Shown in pieces: positions 1 through 8,512 of a stretch of 64,000 bases of DNA (position 1 is the first letter of the stretch; each line of letters starts with the position of its first letter). The translations under genes and the position numbers were made by a program. The stretch is from an uncultured bacterium (GTDB taxonomy: Bacteria; Babelota; Babeliae; Babelales; Babelaceae), in the NCBI GenBank assembly GCA_963819815.1, contig CAWFXL010000001.1, forward strand, positions 256,001 to 320,000, written 5' to 3'. A model generated the notes under the pieces. It was not told where the DNA came from. It searched no databases and saw only the letters and a program-made list of their open reading frames with translations.

Positions 1-450
1 GCTCAGAGGGAAGATATTGCTCAGCAGGGTGGCGAGATTGTTCTCTTTATTCATGGAAAAGGTCGTGATTCAAAAGATGAGCTTGTTTTACTCACCCCTT
101 TTACCTATGAACCGATTATGGAATATCTTACCGAGCGTGGCAGTATAAAACAGGAAGATCCTCTCTTTGCATCTCATAGCACCAAGAACTTTGGAAAAGC
201 GCTGACCACACGTTCTGTATCACGAATCTGTAAGCATCATTTAAAGTGTAATAACCTCGATGATGCTCGTCTCACCGCTCATAGCTTGCGCCATACTGCA
301 GTTACGTTGAGTCTCTTAGCAGGAGCAACACCCCAGGAAGCAAAGCTTATGGCGCGCCATGCTGATATAAACACGACACTTATTTATGCGCATAATATTA
401 ACCGGATTAAGCAAGCACCAGAAAAGAAGATCGACGAAATTCTTGAGTGA
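1..450 (+). CDS. Tyrosine recombinase/integrase, C-terminal part (runs off window start)
   Basis: Frame +1 is open from base 1 (...IHGKGRDSKDE...); HSLRH box and HADINTTLIY (catalytic His/Tyr). Confidence 0.9.
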   Translation, partial: AQREDIAQQGGEIVLFIHGKGRDSKDELVLLTPFTYEPIMEYLTERGSIKQEDPLFASHSTKNFGKALTTRSVSRICKHHLKCNNLDDARLTAHSLRHTAVTLSLLAGATPQEAKLMARHADINTTLIYAHNINRIKQAPEKKIDEILE

Positions 451-641
451 TCTTATGATGTGTGAGCATGCTCACACATGACTCAGTTTTCCCAATGTTA
501 GAGAGATGATTAATAGGGTCGATATCGATCTAGACGATGAACGAGGGACTCACTGGTAAAAGTTTGGCAGTATGATAATTTCTGTCAGTTTGGTACTCAC
601 GATGTCTCGTATGTACTCTTCTTCGGAGTGTCTAGATAGGG

Positions 642-1454
642 TCACCAATTTAAATCTTTCTCGTAGCCAAGCTTAATTAATAGTTGTCCCGCAGCTTTCT
701 TAAATACTTCTTTATCTTGTTTAGTAAAATAGTCTCTCCAAGATCCTATCTTGCCACTTCTAAAAGTGTTTGCATATGCACCTTTCTTGCCAAAAAGATT
801 CTGTGCAATCTTCTGAGCTCTGTCTAATGAAATTGGATGATCTAGATGGTGAGCAATATTCATAATTTCTTGAATTTGTGCCTCTTTACTACCTCCGCCA
901 TCAGGTCCAACCAACTTTTCAAATGTTGTGGTATAAAATAGGGGGTGATCAATCCAGCCCAGATATCTATCATAAAAATCAACGACCCCCATGAAAGGCT
1001 TTACTTTCTTGTCGAGCCACTTCATAGGAACTGAAGCGATTGAGGAAGTATCTAAAACCCAGGATTGAATAGCTTGACTAAACTCCATATGAGCTAGTTT
1101 GGGCCATTCGTGTGGATAGCGTCTTGCGTAATGTATCATTGAAATACATTGATCGCGAGGGTCTCTCAAAATAAAGACTCCTTTAAAGCCATTTTTTTCG
1201 ATGAGTCTTATGTTTGCTTCTGTACATACTGCATGCCCAACGAGAGATTCCGCCTGTACATCCTGATCACAGAGAATCGTATACGTCTTATGATGACCGA
1301 TCATTCCGATACCGGTAATTTCATAAATGCATTTCATAAGAAGGTGGGTTCCACATTTTGGTATGGAAGTTACAATGATCTTTGGAGAAGCAGTAGATGT
1401 CGAAAAAAGAACTATACCGAGCAAAAACACTCGTATTTGATTTTTAATGCCCAT
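642..1454 (-). CDS. Sulfotransferase domain protein, probable signal peptide
   Basis: PKCGTH (5'-PSB), RDPRDQCIS (3'-PB), FRSGKIGSWRDYF; start taken at MGIKNQ. Confidence 0.85.
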   Translation of the reverse strand: MGIKNQIRVFLLGIVLFSTSTASPKIIVTSIPKCGTHLLMKCIYEITGIGMIGHHKTYTILCDQDVQAESLVGHAVCTEANIRLIEKNGFKGVFILRDPRDQCISMIHYARRYPHEWPKLAHMEFSQAIQSWVLDTSSIASVPMKWLDKKVKPFMGVVDFYDRYLGWIDHPLFYTTTFEKLVGPDGGGSKEAQIQEIMNIAHHLDHPISLDRAQKIAQNLFGKKGAYANTFRSGKIGSWRDYFTKQDKEVFKKAAGQLLIKLGYEKDLNW

Positions 1455-1623
1455 AAAAACCCTCTCTGTATTGATAATTTCTTCTGCATAGGTTAGCAAA
1501 ACAAAAAGATTACAGCGAACAAAATTGCCTGCAAATTAAAGTTGATCCGACGGTTAAAAACAAGCACCAATTAAGTTAGTGAAAGTCTTGGGAAAGGATA
1601 TCTTGAATGTCCTTCTTCCAGCC

Positions 1624-2823
1624 CTAGAGCTGTCTAAAGAGGGCATTATTTCCACGGGCAAGAATCTGCATCGGATTTTGGGTTGCTAAGAGTAGTGGTA
1701 GTTCTTTCAAAGCATCAGCAAAAGAGAGCGTGGTATGAGTGCCCGTAGTTTCACGTTGTTTACCTGCGTAAAGTAGATAGGTATGAGCTTCGGGGTAATC
1801 TTTAGAAAAAGCACGTAAGGGCTTAGTCAGCTTTGTTGTTTCTATAGGTGATGTCGTGAGAGAAAATGCATGGATACCTCGTGGTCCATGCAGAATAAAA
1901 GGTACTTCAGTACCGGCAAACGTTTGCCAGAAATGGAAGGTATAGCCAAGTGAATAATAGTCATTTATGGCACGCGCGGACTGCAAAAACAAAGTCTGCA
2001 ATGCCGCGCCTGCCATCTCTCCCTCACGATTATCAGATCCCATATAACGCAGGGCGTTATAGACACCTGTATCAAAAAAATAGAACTTATTGTGCGCTAT
2101 GATTTTCCTTTTTACGTTATGCGTAAAGGGGGTAATGCGGACTGCTAACAGGAGATCTTCAAGAAGATCAAAGTACCGTGATACCATAAGTCTATTTAAC
2201 GAAAGCTCTCGTGCTAACTCAGAAACGTTTAATACTGATCCTTGTGAAAAGCTTGCTCTCTCAAGAAAGCGGGTAAAGCCGCTTATATTTCTGGTAAGTC
2301 CTTGCTGAAGAACTTCTTCATAACTTCCTTGTTGTAGATAACTTGCCAAGTATGACGCAGCGTCAGGGTTGCCTATCGCTTCAGGGAGCAGCCCAGACTT
2401 TAGGAGCTGCGGTATTGCAATGGAGGTAGTAATTTCTTGGATAGTTAAGGGGTGCATTTGATAGGTAAGCACTTTTGCAAGAAGAGTATTTATTCCTTGC
2501 TTGCGAAGGCTTTGTGCACTAGATGCAGTAAGCAAAAAACGAATTTGCCGTTCTTTAATTAGACGCTCCACTTCATCAAGAAGTTGCGGAACCCGCTGTA
2601 CTTCATCTATGACAACCCAACCTTTAAAGTCTGGAGGGATGAGCGTCTCAAGGCGACTTGGTTGCGCCAAAAGAGGTCCATAAATACCAAACCCTTCAAG
2701 ATCAATATATAAACAATCGGGGAGCTTCTCTTTTACCCAGGTTGTTTTTCCTGTTCCACGAGGACCAAGTAAGAAGATACTATGGGGTCCTGCGAGGGGC
2801 AACGATAGAATTCTGTTGTACAT
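1624..2823 (-). CDS. AAA_14 / DUF4143 ATP-binding protein (degenerate C-terminal nuclease motif)
   Basis: GPRGTGKT Walker A, IDEVQ Walker B, KFYFFDTG DUF4143 motif. Confidence 0.88.
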   Translation of the reverse strand: MYNRILSLPLAGPHSIFLLGPRGTGKTTWVKEKLPDCLYIDLEGFGIYGPLLAQPSRLETLIPPDFKGWVVIDEVQRVPQLLDEVERLIKERQIRFLLTASSAQSLRKQGINTLLAKVLTYQMHPLTIQEITTSIAIPQLLKSGLLPEAIGNPDAASYLASYLQQGSYEEVLQQGLTRNISGFTRFLERASFSQGSVLNVSELARELSLNRLMVSRYFDLLEDLLLAVRITPFTHNVKRKIIAHNKFYFFDTGVYNALRYMGSDNREGEMAGAALQTLFLQSARAINDYYSLGYTFHFWQTFAGTEVPFILHGPRGIHAFSLTTSPIETTKLTKPLRAFSKDYPEAHTYLLYAGKQRETTGTHTTLSFADALKELPLLLATQNPMQILARGNNALFRQL

Positions 2824-3215
2824 ATAATCGTTTTTCCATAAAATTTGATCATCTTATGATCATAATTACATATTTTTAACAAGATGGCAAATTATAGCGT
2901 AGAGAGGGAAGTTTTGTACGTTACCTTTGAGTGAAGATCGAAATGCTTCGATTGTCTATACGAAGAAAGGGTAGTGAAATGAAAAGGAGCCGGGTGTGTT
3001 TGAGACAAATATGTGGCCAAAAAAATAAGGCTTACGCTACGTCAGGGTTCTCTTTGAGTGACATAAAAAAGTTTGTCTACAGTGAGGTGAGGGTGATGCT
3101 CGAAGGTACATGGTCAAGGAGCCTATAGATGATCTGTAGCGAAGGTGATACATGACAAAGAGACCGAGATCTGGCACGCTCATAAATGGCAGTATTTATG
3201 TTGTTGAGGTAAAAT

Positions 3216-4280
3216 ATGCAAATTCAGCTTATTCTCTCTTTTTCAGTATTGTGTGCATTGCTGAGTACTATTTCTGAGCTTCGAGCTGAGTTGACGAAAA
3301 GTCCCATCTATACGACGCAACCACGGTGGACTCAGGAGCTTGATCTTCCCTCCATAGAACAAGAATTACAAGAGGGTGATGTGGCATCTATGAAGCCGAT
3401 GTCGATCGTCCTTAGTGAGATGGGCAAAAAAGTAGATTTTGATAATGAGGTATTCTTGGTGGAGCTCAGGTCTGGTCTCAAGGGTGTCTTCAAGTCAGGA
3501 GATGATCGCTTTGCTGAAGTAGCTGCATATAGAGCCGATCAGTATCTTGGACAGCGCTTGGTCCCGCCGACGGTTTTTAGAACATTAGCGGGAAAAGAGG
3601 GCAGTCTTCAACTGTTCATCGAAACCGATATAGATCTTCTTGAAGATCCTTCACCTTTGTCTTGCGTTTCTGAACGTGAGCTGCTCCAGATGAAACTCTT
3701 CTCGTTTGTCTTTGGCCAATGGGATATTAATCTAGGAAACCGTCTTATTCAGAAGACCGAGGGTCGTTATTACCTTGTACTTATAGATAATGCCGGTATG
3801 TATAATCGACTACAGGTACGTTATGGTGAATATCCCTTTGTCCTCCGAGCATGGCGCTTAAGTGACTATCAGGAGGAGAAGCGCGCATTTCCCTTTGATG
3901 AGCCTCAAGAACTTCGTAATGCTTCCTGTGAAGATGCCAAGAAGCTGTTTAGAGATTTTTTTGAGCCTGAGGAGCTTGAACGCTTTTGCAAGAGAAATTG
4001 TCGGAGACTGAGGTATTGTATTTGGAATAATGCACTCTGGATCCAATATTTTGCTGATAATCCTGAATATACACCATCATACGTATCTGAGTATCCTCAA
4101 TACGATTTACAGGTCTATAAAAATCTTACAAGCGAGCACCTCATAGGCTTTTGGAATGAGCCATATGAGAGTTCCCAGCGTATTCATATTGAAAAGCTCA
4201 TAGCGGATACTCTTGAGCGTCGGGACCAACTTCTTGCAGCGCAGGAAATTCACGAAAAAGCCCATCTGATCATTTCTTAG
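3216..4280 (+). CDS. Exported PI3/PI4-kinase-like (atypical kinase fold) protein
   Basis: Signal peptide; GVFK, EVAAY..D..LG..LVPPT, GSLQLF, WDINLGN.LI, LIDNAG. Confidence 0.7.
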   Translation: MQIQLILSFSVLCALLSTISELRAELTKSPIYTTQPRWTQELDLPSIEQELQEGDVASMKPMSIVLSEMGKKVDFDNEVFLVELRSGLKGVFKSGDDRFAEVAAYRADQYLGQRLVPPTVFRTLAGKEGSLQLFIETDIDLLEDPSPLSCVSERELLQMKLFSFVFGQWDINLGNRLIQKTEGRYYLVLIDNAGMYNRLQVRYGEYPFVLRAWRLSDYQEEKRAFPFDEPQELRNASCEDAKKLFRDFFEPEELERFCKRNCRRLRYCIWNNALWIQYFADNPEYTPSYVSEYPQYDLQVYKNLTSEHLIGFWNEPYESSQRIHIEKLIADTLERRDQLLAAQEIHEKAHLIIS

Positions 4281-4400
4281 ACCACTTCCTAGATCTCTTG
4301 CAAGAATTCAATTAGAAAAACTATTGAAAATAGTATTGCTTTTTTATTACAATGAAGGAGATAGAACTATAATATTCCTCTAAACTAAAAGGAGATTTCT

Positions 4401-4799
4401 ATGAACATCAAAAACACCCTAGTGGGTATGTTAATGATTATGTTGAGTACTGCAGCTGTTACACAATGCAGTGAAGGGAAAAAACAAGAGCAACGTGCTG
4501 AAGAAGCTAAAGCCCTGAAGCCAGGTAGAGGCTTAGGTATGGGACCTCTAGGTTTGAGAGCTCGAGCAATGGCTGCTGAAGCTGCCGCCAAAGGTAAAGA
4601 AGTAGAAGAAGAAGCAGTTGAAAAAGGAAAAGTAGCACTGTCAAAAGTAAAACAAGCTCCACCTCTTCCTCCAAAACGTGCAAAAAGAACAGCTGAAGCT
4701 CAAGCAGCTGCTGCAGCAGAAGAACCTGAACATGAAGAATCATGGGGCGAAATGTTAGCTCGTCATGGTGCAAGCGTTAATGAGCCATTTAGGTGCTGA
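4401..4799 (+). CDS. Exported low-complexity protein, array member 1 (PPLPPKR)
   Basis: AAGGAG RBS; MNIKNTL signal peptide; paralog of downstream genes. Confidence 0.85.
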   Translation: MNIKNTLVGMLMIMLSTAAVTQCSEGKKQEQRAEEAKALKPGRGLGMGPLGLRARAMAAEAAAKGKEVEEEAVEKGKVALSKVKQAPPLPPKRAKRTAEAQAAAAAEEPEHEESWGEMLARHGASVNEPFRC

Positions 4800-4905
4800 T
4801 TAATCTGACTAACTGGATAGCTAAGTGAAAGTAAAGACTCAATAAGAAGGTCTAGGAATGCTAAAAAATATCCCTATCTTATTGATAACATTAAAGGAGA
4901 ATTCT

Positions 4906-5307
4906 ATGAACATCAAAAATACCCTCGTTGGTATGTTACTCATTATGTTAAGTACTGCAGTTGTTACGCAATGCAGTGAAGGAAAAATGCAAGAGAAAAA
5001 AGCTGAAGAAGCTAAAGCTCTCAAGCCAGGTAGAGGTTTAGGTATGGGACCTCTAGGCTTAAAAGCTAGAGCAATGGCAGCTGAAGCTGCTGCGAAAGAG
5101 GAAGAAGAAGCAGCACCTGAAAAAGGAAAAGTAGCTCCTTCAAAAGTAAAACAAGCTCCACCTCTTCCACCTAAACGTGCAAAAAGAACGGCTGAAGCTC
5201 AAGCGGCTCCTACAGCAGAAGAAGCTGAAGCTGAAGAATCATGGGGCGAAATGATGTCGCGTCATGCTGCAACGTTAGCGAGCCAATTTGGTCATTGGGT
5301 AGATTAA
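4906..5307 (+). CDS. Exported low-complexity protein, array member 2 (PPLPPKR)
   Basis: Start moved to MNIKNTL after AAAGGAG; close paralog of member 1. Confidence 0.85.
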   Translation: MNIKNTLVGMLLIMLSTAVVTQCSEGKMQEKKAEEAKALKPGRGLGMGPLGLKARAMAAEAAAKEEEEAAPEKGKVAPSKVKQAPPLPPKRAKRTAEAQAAPTAEEAEAEESWGEMMSRHAATLASQFGHWVD

Positions 5308-5407
5308 TCTGACCAACTGGACAGATACGTCAAAGTAAAGACTCAATAAGAAGGTCTACGAATGCTAAAAAATATCCCTATCTTATTGATTAATTAAAGG
5401 AGAATGT

Positions 5408-5971
5408 ATGAATATCAAAAATACCCTCATGGGTATGTTACTGATTATGTTGAGCACTGTAGCTCTTACCGAGTGTGGTAAAGGCGGGTGCAAAGGTGGT
5501 GTTTGTGCTCTAAAGCCTAACAAGCAGAAACAAGCCCAAATGATGCAGCGTGAACAAGCAGCAAAAGCCCAAGCACAAGCTCAAGCGCTACAAATGCAGG
5601 CAGCGCGTGCCAAGCAAGCTCAAATAAGGCAGGCAGCGCAAGCTCGTGGTGCTGAAGTTCGCGCAGGTATAAGGGCTAAAGCATTGGCTGCCAAAGAAGC
5701 GATGAAAGGTGCCGCTAAACCTACAGTAATGACTGCTACGCCCAAAGCGTCTGAATTAGCAAAAGCCAAAGGTATGATGGAAGCAAAAGCGGTGACTACC
5801 GAAGAGGCGAAAGCTGCGCTCGCTAGTGAAACTCCACCTCCACTTCCTCCAAAACGTGCAAGAAGAATAGCTGAAGCACCAGCAGCGCAAGAACAACCAG
5901 CTCCGCGTGGAGAAACGTGGGGAGAAATGTTTGCTCGTCATGGTGAAACGTTAATGGGTCATTCTGGGTAA
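5408..5971 (+). CDS. Exported low-complexity protein, array member 3 (CGKGGCKGG, Q/A-rich, PPLPPKR)
   Basis: Shared signal peptide, RBS and C-terminal WGEMFARHG. Confidence 0.85.
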   Translation: MNIKNTLMGMLLIMLSTVALTECGKGGCKGGVCALKPNKQKQAQMMQREQAAKAQAQAQALQMQAARAKQAQIRQAAQARGAEVRAGIRAKALAAKEAMKGAAKPTVMTATPKASELAKAKGMMEAKAVTTEEAKAALASETPPPLPPKRARRIAEAPAAQEQPAPRGETWGEMFARHGETLMGHSG

Positions 5972-6073
5972 GAGTAATCTGACCAAACTGACAATTAAGT
6001 GAAATTAAAGACTCGAGGGTATATGAACTCAAAATACCCTCGTATCTTATTGATCCAGTAAAAGGAGAATGTT

Positions 6074-6574
6074 ATGAACATCAAAAATACCCTCATGGGC
6101 ATGTTGCTGATTATGCTGAGCAGTGCAGCTCTTACCGAATCTAGTCAAGGCAATGCCAGAGGTGCAAGCGCAGCTAGAATCACAGCCACTGCTTTGAGAG
6201 GCGCAACAATACGTGCTCGTACTGGGCAAGTTGCTGCTCCGCAAGAAGCCCAATCAGGGAGTGCCCAAGGTATGAAGGCTACAGCAGTCCCTGCTCAAGC
6301 AAGTGCTTCATCAACCATGGGATCTGAAAAGGCAGCATTAGGCAAGGCCGGAGAACCTATGATGCAAGCAAAAGTAGTAGTGCCAGAAGCTCAACAAGAA
6401 GCGATACCGGTGGCAAAAGAAAAACAGGCTCCACCTCTTCCTCCAAAACGTGCGAGAATGGTACCTGTAGCCCCTGCACCTGTGGTTGAACCACAAGCGG
6501 AACAACCAGCCCCGCGTGAAGACACCTCGGGAAGCTTGTTTGCGCGTCATATGAGTTATTTTTTTGGAGAATAA
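6074..6574 (+). CDS. Exported low-complexity protein, array member 4 (PPLPPKR)
   Basis: Shared signal peptide, RBS, PPLPPKRA and FARH tail. Confidence 0.85.
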   Translation: MNIKNTLMGMLLIMLSSAALTESSQGNARGASAARITATALRGATIRARTGQVAAPQEAQSGSAQGMKATAVPAQASASSTMGSEKAALGKAGEPMMQAKVVVPEAQQEAIPVAKEKQAPPLPPKRARMVPVAPAPVVEPQAEQPAPREDTSGSLFARHMSYFFGE

Positions 6575-6627
6575 TCTGAGCAAGCTGACAAATCAGTGAA
6601 AGTAAAACCTCAATAAAGGAGAAAATT

Positions 6628-7119
6628 ATGAACATTAAAAATACCCTAGGTATGTTATTAATTATGTTAAGTACTGTTGCTAGTACCCAGTGTGGTAAAG
6701 GCGGCTGTAAAGGCGGAAGTTGTCCGGCAAAGTCTGGTAAAAGCCAACATGCTCTCATGATGCAGCGTGTACAAGCGGCCAGAGCAATACAAGCTCAAGC
6801 GCAAGCTCGACAAATGCAAGTGGGTGGTAGTACCCAAGCTCAAACAAGGCAAGCAGAACCAACACGTGTAGGGGTACGTGCAGGTATGGGTGGTCGTGTA
6901 ATGCAAGTTCAAGCAAGGCCAGCATCAGCATCGACTTCAAGTTCTCGTTCAACCTATGGATCATTGCAATTAAGACCTGCAGGAACGGCGTCTGAACTAG
7001 GCAGAAGTACAAGTTCTAGTGCTACAACAGGAAGTACTCGAGGATCGTTAACTCAATCGAGAGAATCAACGGCATCTGAAGAGTCTGAATCAAGTGGTGC
7101 AGCTGAAAGCAAGGACTAA
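6628..7119 (+). CDS. Exported low-complexity protein, array member 5 (CGKGGCKGG, S/T-rich, ESKD end)
   Basis: Shared signal peptide and RBS. Confidence 0.85.
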   Translation: MNIKNTLGMLLIMLSTVASTQCGKGGCKGGSCPAKSGKSQHALMMQRVQAARAIQAQAQARQMQVGGSTQAQTRQAEPTRVGVRAGMGGRVMQVQARPASASTSSSRSTYGSLQLRPAGTASELGRSTSSSATTGSTRGSLTQSRESTASEESESSGAAESKD

Positions 7120-7133
7120 GTTAGGAGTTTTTT

Positions 7134-7487
7134 ATGAATGTAAAACATATCTTAGTAGGTTTGTTACTGATCTTGATGAGCACGGAAGCTATTACGGAAT
7201 GTAATGGTGGTCGTTCAAGAAAAGCTCAACAACAGCAACAATGTACCGGAGAAAGCTGCTCATTAAAAGGTGGCAAGAAAGGGAAAGGTTATCGTGGCCG
7301 TCATATGAGACGCCATGGTAAGCGCCATGGAGGCTGGGGTATGAGAGGTCGTGGTACGCAAGGTCAAGGCATGAAAGTCCAAGCCGTGAAAGCCCAAGGC
7401 ACGAAAGCCAAAGCTACTGAGTCTACTGAGTCAGAAGAAGAAGAGTCTTCTACCGGCAACGAAGAAGCAGTTGAAAGTAAAGATTAA
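7134..7487 (+). CDS. Exported basic/acidic low-complexity protein, array member 6 (ESKD end)
   Basis: MNVKHILVG...ITEC signal; AGGAG RBS. Confidence 0.8.
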   Translation: MNVKHILVGLLLILMSTEAITECNGGRSRKAQQQQQCTGESCSLKGGKKGKGYRGRHMRRHGKRHGGWGMRGRGTQGQGMKVQAVKAQGTKAKATESTESEEEESSTGNEEAVESKD

Positions 7488-7510
7488 TCATAATACTTAG
7501 GAGAATAACT

Positions 7511-8005
7511 ATGAATTCAAAATTAGCATTCGTAGGCCTCTTAGCACTTATGCTAGGGGCCACGGAACTTATCGATGCACGTGGTGGCGGTGGTGGACGT
7601 GGCGGTGGTGGACGTGGCGGTGGTGGCGGCGGCCGAGGCGGCGGCGGTATGCATGGTGGTGGAATGCGTGGCCATGGTGGTGTTAGCCATATGGGCGGAC
7701 GTCATGTAGGCGGAGGTCGCCATGTTAGCGGCGGACGTCATGTAGGTGGCGGTCGACATGTTGGCGGCGGACGTCATGTAGATGGTGGTCGTCATGTTGG
7801 CGGAGGTCGCCGTGATGGTGGACGTCACTTAGGCGGTCGTGGTATTCGCAGTGGCTCATACTGGGGCCCGTATCTGTTGGGTGGTCTTCTTGTAGGCATA
7901 CCCCTCCTAAACTATGAGCTAGGATCACCTTATGATGGTTGCTACTATGACTTCGATGGAGACTTAATCTGCCAAATGGGCGATGAATGGTACTATGCGT
8001 CATAG
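7511..8005 (+). CDS. Exported glycine-rich protein with RGG and GGRHV repeats, array member 7
   Basis: Signal peptide, AGGAG RBS, tandem GGRHV(G/S/D) hexapeptides, Tyr/Asp-rich tail. Confidence 0.8.
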   Translation: MNSKLAFVGLLALMLGATELIDARGGGGGRGGGGRGGGGGGRGGGGMHGGGMRGHGGVSHMGGRHVGGGRHVSGGRHVGGGRHVGGGRHVDGGRHVGGGRRDGGRHLGGRGIRSGSYWGPYLLGGLLVGIPLLNYELGSPYDGCYYDFDGDLICQMGDEWYYAS

Positions 8006-8020
8006 AAATGAATGAGACTT

Positions 8021-8051
8021 AAAGATGGAGGCTTCGGTCTCCATCTTTTTT
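8021..8051 (+). terminator. Rho-independent terminator ending the array operon
   Basis: aaagatggaggc-ttcg-gtctccatcttt followed by T run. Confidence 0.85.
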
Positions 8052-8200
8052 GATGTAGAGCATTTATTTCTTCGTCCTTTTCTACCCATCTTGACCAAAC
8101 AAAAAAAATCTTATTCTATAAAATACTTGATTAATCATATTTGTACTTAATAAACTAAGAGAGATAGAGTATAATTACCAAATAAGTAAGGAGCATTAAT

Positions 8201-8512
8201 ATGAATGCAAAGTATTTACGAGCAGCTCTTTTGCTTGTTGTTTTAGGGATGGCAAGCATTACTGAATGCGGCCGTAGTTGCAGTCGGAGTTCAAGCCGTG
8301 GACATAGACATTCAAGTCATAGCCATGGGCGTAGGTGTTGCCGAGGTGGCGGCTATGGCTGGGGTCCAAGAGTTTATGGAGGCTTTGGGTACTATGATCC
8401 TTATTTTAACGGATACGGCTATGGATACGCCCCTTGGGGATATGGTTATGGGTATGGTCCTTATGCCTATGAGCCCGTTGGCTGCTCATTTGGGTTGAAT
8501 GTCTGTATTTGA
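8201..8512 (+). CDS. Exported Gly/Tyr-rich small protein related to the array
   Basis: MNAK...ITEC signal; GYG repeats; upstream GAGATAGA..TATAAT motif resembles that at 4358-4373. Confidence 0.75.
   Translation: MNAKYLRAALLLVVLGMASITECGRSCSRSSSRGHRHSSHSHGRRCCRGGGYGWGPRVYGGFGYYDPYFNGYGYGYAPWGYGYGYGPYAYEPVGCSFGLNVCI

Noticed and set aside
4800..6627. CRISPR or integron attC array
   Set aside because: Units separate paralogous genes rather than diverse cassettes; no clear RYYYAAC/GTTRRRY ends, and the recombinase fragment shows no evident IntI-specific insertion
4401..8512. Lipoprotein call for array proteins
   Set aside because: Residue before Cys is Q/E rather than G/A/S, and Cys is replaced in members 4 and 7
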